Origin: Tubulanus polymorphus
Taxonomy: Eukaryota; Animalia; Nemertea
Direction: 5' to 3'
NCBI RefSeq assembly: GCF_964204645.1
Contig: NC_134025.1
Location: 1,736,001-1,800,000 of the forward strand
Length of the DNA stretch: 64,000 nucleotides
Shown: positions 53,506 through 64,000 of the stretch, in pieces
Numbering within the stretch: the first letter of the stretch is position 1
How the letters are laid out: each line of letters opens with the position of its first letter
Position numbers and translations under genes: made by a program
Notes under the pieces: generated by a model
The model's input: the letters and a program-made list of their open reading frames with translations, nothing else
The model's database searches: none
What the model was told of the DNA's origin: nothing

Positions 53506-55997
53506 ATGGCACATGAAGCATCTGCAGGATCAATTATTTCATTTTCTGACGAAAGATTAGAAAATGTATTAGAATGTATGAAGACGAGTAAGTGTTTTTT
53601 TCAGAGACGGGTTAAGACTGATGTGTCCTCTCGTCCTCCTCGATCGACTTTTTATTTTTCATCTTAGCTTATCCGTACGTGGAAAATTCCTTGTCTGAAA
53701 AATGCAACCAGCACCAGCAGCAACCGATAAAAGATGATGTAGTTTGGTTCATGAAATGCGGTAAGAATTATTAAAGCGTAAGGTGAAATGTTACTGTGAG
53801 AAATCTGAAGGCGGTCTCCCTAGCTGCTGTAGAATCGTTTTAAAGTGTGCCCCGGGCGACGAGAGCGATTGATTTTTGACTTCAAAATGCATTTATTGAC
53901 CGGTGATAGCATTTCCGAGAACCATTATTCGATATAATAAGATTGTGACTCCATGTGGTAGCTCTGATTTGATTTGAATGAAGAGCAGTCTTCCTAAACC
54001 CTGGATCCACCCGGTGGTCCGTTTGAGGTACCCCTCTAGCTATTGCATCGATCAATATTATTGAATTATTTTCAGCATGGAATACTGCTTTACATCTTGA
54101 GCGTAATCCTCGTATGATGTATGAATTCTATGAGATCAGTAACAAATTTGGTACTCTGGTCGCCAAGCAAGATTTATCTAGCTTTCTGAGACAGAAAACA
54201 AACTTATTAATGTCAATAGCTGCCGGATTGAAAGTCATTAGAACTTCATCGAATACAGATAATGTAATTACAAGTCAAGGCAAACAGAAAAAACCGTCTA
54301 AATTGCACCAACTACAACATCGTTACTTTGAGTTTCAGCGATCAACTATGACAGCAATTGAAAATGATATCGAATCTTGTAAACAGATCGATCTCAAAAT
54401 GAGAGAAAAAAAGAAACTTTCTAATTGTTCAGGTAGGATCACAGGTTCCTTCATTCCCTTGTGCAGCATGATTGTGGGGGTGAAAACGACTGCTCGGGAC
54501 ATTGCATCGTACATGTTATAATATATTGTCTGCCTTTGTGATTAATGTTCTGTAGATAAAGTTGAAATAGTGCTTCATCTTTATGAATTTGAGTTGAGAT
54601 GTCGATCTCGCGATGTTCAAAAACTATCGGATATTATTGAACAAGTTCGTCAAAGATCATCAAACATCGATTCGAAAACGTACCTTATAATGGCAGGTAA
54701 AAAACGAAATTGTTGGATATTTTTAAATTCATTTTGAAATCATGATTATCTGTTCATGATTAACCACGAATCAGGGGAAGTTTGAGTCGAGCCATGTACT
54801 GACCCTATTTTTGCCAAGATGTCATTTTCACAACATTGGCTTAAGAAAGTTAATACAAATATTTGTAAATTGTCATTACTGTTGATTTAGTGCGTTAGAA
54901 TCGCTTATGCTTAAGGAATGATCCACTTCCAAATTTCCCTCAGGGATCGAAACCCAACTGCCTACCATAGACTTCAATGTAATCATGCACCATTTACTCA
55001 ATTCATATAACCATCAGCCTAGGAATTTCTGCCCCCTCCCCTCCCCGCCCCTCGCATCTTATTCTTGGACCCATCCAAGCGAATTGTTTTATGTGGTAGG
55101 TCTTATTATGGAGAATGATACAACAGAGCTTCAGGAGACGTATAAACAAGTTCTCAATTTAGCCATCAATCATCTTAACATTGAGAAGGATTATAAAACG
55201 ATTAGGTGAGGAGGGAAAATTCGCAGAAAACTTAATCTTTGTAAATATGAAATGTAAACGAGAATGTCGATAAGAGTTGTTTGTAATTTATATATTCGCA
55301 CACGGCGCAGTAAAGCATATCGTAGTTTGGTACAATCGTATCTAACACAACACGATGATTTATGGAATGAAGTTACTCAAATCGTTGATTACATCGAGAA
55401 TTTAAATCCAGCCGGTTTATACCCAGAAATAGAGATCGTTTGGTTAATGACGAAAATGTGGAATATTGGAATACATTACATCAGGCAAGTTATCATCAGT
55501 ACAATGAATTCTATCTCTTCGCGGGACGTCAGGCCCACAGTCAAATTGGACCTCAATTTCGTAAAATACTAAATATTCTACAAAATATATATAAAATATA
55601 TTCAATTGAGTCTAATTAATACGAATCTTGTGAAATTGTCAGGTTTCGTCCAATTTTTCATTGGTATAATTATCTTAGTTTGAACATGCTAGAAATCATT
55701 GAAATAAACGAGGTTCCCGGCGTCGAAATAATGTGAATAACGCCGTGTTTTATTGCAGTTGTTTGGAGATAAAGTCTGGTATTTCATGGTGTACACTGGC
55801 AATGCGATTCCTTCAACAACTCAATACACTGAAGAAAAACTATGAAGTTCAGGTTTTTATGAAATTTCGATTTATTTATTTCAAAAGTAACTTTTGCACA
55901 TTATTTACGTGATAAACATGTTGTGTTAATTTGTTTGTAGATGAATGATCATTTCACCGAGATACTCTGTATGGGTAACCCAAAGAAACATCAATAG
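53506..55997 (+). CDS. TEX11/Zip4-like protein, C-terminal region only (about 340-365 aa)
   Basis: Exons 53506-53587, 53668-53760, 54076-54432 (possibly split by a 75-nt intron), 54556-54696, 55100-55205, 55310-55484, 55759-55852, 55941-55997. Motifs WFMKCAWNTAL, KTNLLMSIAA, LYEFE, YPEIEIVWLMTKMWNIG and WCTLAMRFL...LKKNYEVQMN match the TEX11 C-terminus as I recall it. Confidence 0.78.
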
Positions 55998-56427
55998 ATC
56001 TCAGTAATTCATTTTGCATACGACTAAAAAATGACAGCAGCGAATAAACCATTAGAGTTATTCGTAAAAATGCTATGAACAAATATTGCGTATATGTTAA
56101 CAAATTTTTATACAATATAAATAAGTAACTTACTCATACAACATTCATACATTATGTATACATTTGTATTATGTCTACAGTCCCAGTTTTATGGAATAAA
56201 AAGACATCGTTGCAAGTATGTACAAGAGGCACTGATCTGACTGAAGAGAAGACCCGCAATACGAAGTAAAATGAATATCAAGGATTTTTAAAACATTTCC
56301 CAAAACAGTTGAAACAAACAATTGAAAGAAAGGTCCAAAATCTCCTTTTAGATTTACTTCACATTGTGGCTTGTCCTAAGTTGAATTAGACAGTGCTTGT
56401 CTATTAGTCGAAGCCCTGTTTTTAAGT

Positions 56428-59400
56428 TCAAGTTTTCACCGGAACATCCTTCGCGTAATTTATCCAGAAACTACTCGGACATTTTGCTTCCTGAAAAAAA
56501 AACAACTTATAATATGTTATACAGTCACAAAAGAATTGAAAACTAACTGAACCAATGATAATTACTATAATTTTAGCTCCATTGATCATTGCATTGTATG
56601 TGAGATGTTGCGGCAAAACTTGTTCTTCTTTTTCATCAATTTCATCAAATTCACGTTCGCTGTAAATAAATCATCAACGCGTGTTGTTTACTACTCGTTT
56701 TGTTTTGAGAAAAGAATAAAGTTCATGTACAATCAATTCGCGATTATTTCCAAAAATTCAGATCAATGTTATTTAGGCGAAGGAACTGAACATCATCTTA
56801 ACCGAAAAAATACAGACTGTAGTGAATTTATCTTTACCTGACTTGTTGTTTCATTGAACCGTTTGATGAACAAATTTCCGATTCTCTTTCCTCGAGTATC
56901 GTACGAATAGGATGCAGAGTTTCTAATCTATCAATCGATATTTCCTCTCGGATATCGTCCTGTCTTTGTTGAGATTTATTTGACAGTTTCTTAAAGGAAG
57001 TTTCATCAATCTGAAAAACATCGAGAAAGAAAATACATTTCAATCTTTCAGAAATTGTGTCCAAAAGTGATTTTTCTATGAGTCTTATTTACAATATCGC
57101 TTAGTTGTGGACCTTCCAGAAACAGAAACAGATCATCCATTCCGTGTTTATCCACTATCCTACAAAAAAATATAGAAATTATTTCCATTATACCAACTGA
57201 TCATGATTATAAAAGACCAACGATATTGAAGATTGAGAATGATAGACATTTCGGGTGCTTCTAAAATCTTCAGATTAATTAGAAATGACTGGATACAGTT
57301 AATAGAATACCCAACACTTGGAGGAATGTAATGAACACAAACTACATTTTCTTTAATATACATGAGAGACCATAAAACCAACTGATCATGCAGCATACAC
57401 TGAGACACTAATGAATAGAATTTGAAAGTACCTTTGAGTTGATGCCGTATTAGTCAACGCTAATTGATACATTTTTCTCAAACGTTGCACAAACGTTTGG
57501 CGGTAGAATTCTCGCTCTTTCATTTCAAATTTTTCAGCCTCCTACAAACAATGATTATTGATTACTATAAACTAGGGTTTAGAACGTGGAAGAGTTTTGA
57601 AAAGTTTTTGAGGGACCACAGGCTAAAACTTTGGGGGTTTTTGTAAGGCCCTCAAAATTGAATTTTATAATTTGAAGGGCTGTAGGAACCCTGATACTGC
57701 TCGGGTTTAGATCAAGGAGGAATATTATACCTACCTCAATAGGATCAGGAGGTGGTTTTGATAAATCCATCGTAAAACAGTGAAGTTTCGGCATTTCAAT
57801 CTATAAATATATAAAGATAAATCTAAAAAGATATCTTCTATTTTGTCAAATAATTCAGTTTAAGATACGGAATGCAATTTTACCTTTGGAAATATGAGAT
57901 CCGCATCTAATTTAGTTGCAGATTTTGAAGATAGATTTAATGCAGAAATTCTGTTTTTGCCTCCTTTCGTCCTTCTCTGTACAGGAATCGCTGGTTTCTA
58001 TCATCATAAGCATAAACCATAATAACAAAATAAAACTTGAATCACTGATAGCCGTTAATGAAATTATGTTTACCCTGTTTTTAGGAGGTGCTTGTTGCGT
58101 GACGGCCCAACCTGGCCTAGGACCTTCTTGACTTCCAGGACGAGACGATTCTTCTTCTAATAAGGAAAGCTGCCTCGATTGAGTAGATATCACAGGTTTA
58201 TCCATCACTGGTGGCTCATTCCCTGAATCTATCAATAAAATTCTAAATAATTTCATTTGAATAATAACCATTGATGAAACACTGAGTTTGTGTTATGATG
58301 ACAAAAAGAATGAAAATAAGTATCCAGAACATTTCCTTACACCAAAAACTTATTCAATGCTTTGACAACTAAGGAAACATTTTTGATTCTTTCTATTTTA
58401 AGAGTGGGATTTTATGTTTACTCTGAATAAATTTATAATAAAAGAATTAATTTGTTGGATTAGCAATCCATACCTTCCTCAGGTTCTTCCTCTCCATCGA
58501 CATCTGATATAAATCTACCATGGTTTTCCCAAAATGCATCGGAATCTTCTGCGTTTTTTATTTTTCCAGTTTTGTATAAATTTTCTTCCAATTTCACCAT
58601 CTACATTGAATTCAATAGAAATATTCTTACCACACAAATATCGAGGCAACATTTCGGTTGCTTCTTAATCGTGCAGCTTTTAAATTCATTAATAAAGATA
58701 AGGGCAAATTTAGCTTTTCAGAGCAGTAGATTACTAAAAATTACCTGATAGTAATAAGATTTTGGAAGATCTCTCATGAAAGAATCATCGTGAATGAGTT
58801 TGTGTTTTAATCTCGGTAATCGCGATTTCGACCGTAATCGTGTAATTTGTAATCTATTCTCTGATTCGATAGAACGTTTTTTTATTTCCTGTCTCTGTTT
58901 GTTCACTTTATCCGTTAACATATCCATATACTGATGATAATAATAATGTTTCAGCTTTTTCAAGTCATCATGAACTTGCAAATATTTCTGGAATCGATAA
59001 TTATGAAATAAATTGTGAGTTATTGTGTGTACAATATCATTGACCTATCAGAGCAAAAATACCGTAGGCTAAATTTATTTACCTCTTCATTTTGTTTCCT
59101 CTTTCTTTCCTCTTCCTTTTCATCATCTGTATCATCTACAAATGATTTCTTTTTTCTCCTTTTCGGTTTTTCTTCCTTGATTCGAACCTGGAATTAAATG
59201 TTCGATCGCGTAAGTTTCAAAAGAACGATATCTAAATCACATCGATTGAAAAATGAACTCACTGTTTTCTTCTTTGGTTCCTTGAACCCGTATTGCTGTA
59301 AGACGCTGACCATTGACGATTTCGCTTTGTTGTTGCATTTTGATTGTATTAAGGGAAACGTTTTCTCCTTTTTAACGGTAGATTCCTGTTTAAAAAAGAG

Positions 59401-59877
59401 AAGCAATATGGAAAATTAGCCGACGAGTTAAATTTAGTAGGAGTGACAAGTCAACAGGATATAGGCCTCTGTGTAGATGAAGTGTGTACTGCCTGTAAGC
59501 ATTGGATAAACTGTTTGTTGATTGATGACAGGTCACAGGGACTTGGATAAAACCAGTATCATCAATGACCAACTCCAGTGCCTCTGTTTTTTATCATAAA
59601 CAGGGGCACTGGGCCCTGGAGGTGATCATACTCAAAATACTGCCACTGACTGAGACTGAGTGACTGACTGCGGACGTGTGGGTGTTCTGTTTGTTTGATG
59701 GTCCACTCCACTTTCAATTGTGACGAGAGTCCCTTAGATTTTACATCTTAGATTTTCTTAGATATTTAGATCTTAGATTTTCAAATTAAATGTGCTCCAT
59801 GAAAGCGAACAACCTCGAACATGCATTTCATAATCAATTTGGGGGGTTTAACATTTTTGTAGATATATAGGTACCAT
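56428..59877 (-). CDS. Uncharacterised multi-exon, Lys/Glu-rich protein
   Basis: ATG|gt at 59877 splices in phase to ESTVKKEKTFPLI (59385). Further exons near 59188, 58987, 58601, 58229, 57800, 57011 and 56660; last exon EAKCPSSFWINYAKDVPVKT*. YY1-like aacatggcggc near 59925. Confidence 0.65.
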
Positions 59878-60315
59878 GTTTGGTCGTCACGTTGATTTTT
59901 GGAATTTTCTCTATTCTAGGCCGCCATGTTTCCTGTTGTCAAAACAATCTAAAGCTCGCACTGTGCCCCTAGGGGCACTAGGGCCCTGAACGTGTGAAAC
60001 ACTATCCATATTCGCTTACGGTTGACCGTCCTGTGCTGCCCCTACGTATAACGATAGCGGGAAAAACGCGAACTAACTCAATGTTCGCTTGCCAGACCCA
60101 TTTAATGTCCGTAGTGGAGAAACTAATTACCGATTTGCGGGCCGGATCCCGCGAAAATTCACAAACAACGCGGTCTGCAGCAAAATCAACTGGCAACTTT
60201 TTCCGTATTAAAATTTGTTTTGATAAAAGTAAATTTGTATCGTAATATATATTTCTAATGGGGGAGAGAGCGACAGGAGTTTACAAACCGATATAAACCG
60301 GCTTGTACACAAACC

Positions 60316-60370
60316 GATTTCAAACAAATGCGCCTCTACTAATTTAGTAGAGGCGCATTTGTTTGAAATC
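60316..60370. repeat. Perfect palindrome, 27-bp arms, 1-nt spacer
   Basis: GATTTCAAACAAATGCGCCTCTACTAA-T-TTAGTAGAGGCGCATTTGTTTGAAATC. Confidence 0.97.
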
Positions 60371-61319
60371 ACAAAAATATAATGGAATAAAAGAAGCCTC
60401 TTGAGTTTAAATTACAGAAGTTCATTTCCGATGTCCAATTCCCAGGTCTGAGTCACTCGTTCGATCCAATCTTCAAGATACGAACAAAATACATAAATTA
60501 TTTGGGCACAAGCTAATTTATTAGAAAACGCTGGTTATTTACAAGGGCAATTATTCTATCATAACAGTGTTCACATTAACATTTCTTGAATATTCAGAAT
60601 TGTTGAGAATCAAATTAGAAAAGCAACACCACTAACAGAATGAAACAATTATAACATTGATGATGATGTATTTTGAGCTGAAATGTGATCAGTTTTGCAT
60701 AAATCTTAACTGTCATTAAGTAATAATAAATAACTCATGAATTCTGTCGGAAATTTTTCAATATAATTCTACAATGTTTCACGCGGTTTTCTTTTATACA
60801 ATAAAACATTCATAGTGAAAATGAAGCTATTATACAACACTTGTTCATTCAATAGAACGAATATCAGAATAGAAAAACATCACTCTAATAATGTACATTT
60901 CAAATACACAACTTTTACATTTTTTCGTATTATACATTAATTTACATTTCTCATAATAAGATGTTATTCGTGTAGTTTTGTGCCGAGCCGCGAATGAGCG
61001 TCTTCCAGTAGTAACTAGTGACTTCCATCTCACACAGTGAATTATTTACAGCATCATCCAACAATCCGTTACCTAAAAATAAATCACGTAACAACCCTAC
61101 AAAAGTATGTAACAATTTAATCTCTGATCACCTACCTTTTAGCGATTGTGGGATAAAGTGGATTTCGGCATAAAAATAAAGCTACAAGGGTACGAAATAA
61201 TGGTGACCAAAAAAAAAAAACAAACAACGAAAACAAACCTTACAAAATACTGCAAAAAAATTCATTATTAAATGATTATATAGAAATAGATTATCCCACC
61301 TTTATTTCATCAATTCTCA

Positions 61320-63430
61320 TCACGACTTGTGCTTTCTTATCTTCTTACCAGAATAATGTTCATCATCGACTCCTCGTGATTCGTACGGACTTTCAGAGCG
61401 TTTACTGTCGCGATGTTTACTGGTGCGATGTTTACCGCGAGAACTACTCGGAGATCTACTACGCCTCGGAGATCTACTGCGCCTCGGAGATCTACTACGC
61501 CTCGGAGATCTACTACGCCTCGGAGATCTACTGCGTCTCGGAGATCTACTCCGACGAGACGACTGACGCGAATATTTCCGTCGATCGTCCGGTGATTCCG
61601 AGCGTCTGCTGCTGCGTTGTTTTTTCGCCGATTTTTTACTCGTCGATCTCGGAGGTGAATCACCGCTCACGCTATGGTCGTCGCGATTACGACGTTGTTT
61701 ACTATCATCTGTTGAATAACGATCTCTGCGATGACCCTCATCGCGACTCCGATGGTTACCCTCATCCCGACTGCCGCGGTTACCCTCGTCCCGATGAACC
61801 TCGTCTCGATCTCGAGATCGTTTACGACGACAGTCCTTCGAGCGACTTCTCTCGTCGCGTTCGATTGATTCAGATTCCCTCGATTCATACTTACTACTCT
61901 TACGTCTATGATCGCGTATCGATCCTCCCCGATCATCCCTATTTTTATCCCCCCGATTTCGCTCCCCCTCATGATCGACCGAAACAACATCGGATTTATA
62001 CAAATATTCCTCTATCGGATCTTTTTTATGTCCCTCCCCCCGATAACTACTACTATGATGTTTTTCCCTCGATTTCTTTTTCGACGACGAACCGTGGCTT
62101 TTACTTTTACGTTTGCCCCGAGAACTATCAGAACTATCCGATGAACTACTACTCGAACTATCGCTATCCGAATCGACCGAACTTTCCGAATCTTTCCTTT
62201 TCGATTTTTTGCTACGTTTTTTGGCGCGTGTTTTTTTCTCGTGCTCAATCTCGATTCCCGGGATATCGTCTTTGTTGTGTTTTTTGTTGTCGATATCATC
62301 GTTTTCCTGTTTGATCGCTGGTTGTAAAACACGATCAATCTTCTCTTTCTCTTCTATAAAATATAACGAAGATGTTCAGCGAATATTCTACAGAAACTCA
62401 GTTCCACGATTCTCGTTAAACGCCGATGGTTTGAATACACATACAGAGAACTTTTTATAAGATTATTAGTTAGATTTTGGCTAATCGCTAATTGTTACAT
62501 GAAATTGGCATTTGAGTACCATATAGTATTGCGTATCGTTATATAACATTATATATGGAGTTTCAAGCACCTTCAAAAGCATTTTCCACTTTGAAGGAGT
62601 AAGGAATCGCGGTGTTGTAGGAACCCTGATAGACTGGTATCAAACATTCTCGCTTGCCAGGGGTCCAGTATCACTCCCGAACTCGCTTCCACCAGCCCCC
62701 TGGCCTCACGAAGCGTGATTTCATTACTGGCGCTGTTGCGCATGACGTCATATATCGAATTGCGAAATACTTCCTTGTTCGGTAAAACGTTCGCTGATTG
62801 GTCCATTTAACGGGAAAACCAACAGAAGTCTACTGTCGGTTTGTTACAAGCGCTGTGATTGATACGACCGGATTCTGGTCGGCTAGTAACGACTCCAACG
62901 ACTCGTGAGGTCAAGGGGTTCGGGGAACAGCTTTAGCGTAGTGGGTTCGAATCCCTTGACGGGTGAAGATGGGTATCAAATAGGGTTCATCAAATTCATT
63001 TATCAATTGGGTTAACCTCCACGCAGGTTTTACAGAGGAGTTTTCAAGGAATCAAGAAGCGTCGTATAAAACTCACCTCTTTCTAATCTCTCTTTTTCCT
63101 CGTTTTCTTTCATTCTCAACAAAAATGCCGTTTTCTTTTCCTGAATCGTACGACGTAGTTCCTCGTCCGAGTCGGGTTCATCTTCATCTTCCTCGTCGTC
63201 GTCGCTCTTCTCTTCATCTTCGCTACCAGAACCGTACAACACCAGACCTAAAACCAGCGTTTAATCGATTACGCGTAGAACATTAACGCGACGACCGTCT
63301 AAATCTTCCGAACACCGAAATTCAGCGAGTTTCATTCGACAAAATTCTGCTTCTCTGCTTATTAAGTGAAAATACTCACCACTGCGATTGCCGATTGATG
63401 CCAAGGCTGTAGACCTGGCCAGCTGCTTTG
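61320..63430 (-). CDS. PNISR: Arginine/serine-rich protein PNISR (SFRS18), last three exons; 5' part beyond right edge
   Basis: Exons 63430-63380 (KQLARSTALASIG), 63247-63077 (GLVLYGSGSEDEE...SDEELRRTIQEKKTAF) and 62353-61320 (RS domain with RSRSPR repeats); all phase 1. Confidence 0.88.
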
Positions 63431-64000
63431 CTGTATATACACATAATAATTTAGTTAGACATTTCAAGAAACTGTAAGAAAACAGGAGCCGTAACCGCAG
63501 TAGAGTCTCGATCAATCAATCAATCAATACTTTAGTGCAGCTGAAATTAATTTGCTTGATTCCATTTCAGCTGAAAAATCATGGATTATGTAAATACACT
63601 AGTAATAGATGACCACGAAATAAACAGACATGATTCTTAAACCGGTTTCATTCGCTTTCCATGATTCCTTTCTCTTTTTGTACTTACGACTTCGAATTTA
63701 CGCTTTAAATACAGTTTTAGTAATAGACAATTTCACAAAAAATTCTACCTTTTTAAAATGATTTTCTTTTTAAATGTTCATAGCATTTACTGCGGTAACA
63801 TACCGTATTGAAAATATCTCCAGTTACCGGTAACTTATTACATGCCTTGTATCGTTTGGATATCACCAGTCATGAATTATTCATTCTAAATATTTCATTT
63901 GGGCTTCAATTTATGATACATGTCTACACCATATTATGCTTACACAGCTATACTTATATCGTTGTCAGTGTCAGCCAATACGATAAGCTTAAACTTAAAT

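Noticed and set aside
61376-62460. Plus-strand ORFs of 312, 115, 78 and 60 aa
   Set aside because: They are antisense shadows of the repetitive RS exon of PNISR.

Overview
This is an AT-rich, intron-containing animal genomic window, probably an invertebrate such as a lophotrochozoan (inferred from gene content and compact introns). It is not prokaryotic. Gene order: (-) ITPRID/SSFA2(KRAP)/TESPA1-family IP3R-interacting gene running off the left edge; (-) legumain; (+) USP16/USP45-like deubiquitinase; (-) FoxO; (-) small unknown spliced gene; (+) a gene encoding only the C-terminal part of TEX11/Zip4; (-) unknown multi-exon gene; (-) 3' part of PNISR. Introns and intergenic DNA hold several MITE families, two minisatellite arrays and a few long palindromes. 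The top candidate for something new is in legumain: two tandem, equal-length (119 nt), same-phase copies of the exon that builds the substrate-binding cleft, which is the signature of mutually exclusive splicing. Other notable features are an alternative PDZ-motif C-terminus in the ITPRID-like gene, a USP16/45 lacking its ZnF-UBP domain, a half-length TEX11, a palindromic 53-bp x16 array and a DEK-C-like micro-ORF in a PNISR intron. All exon boundaries were read by eye; none is transcript-verified.
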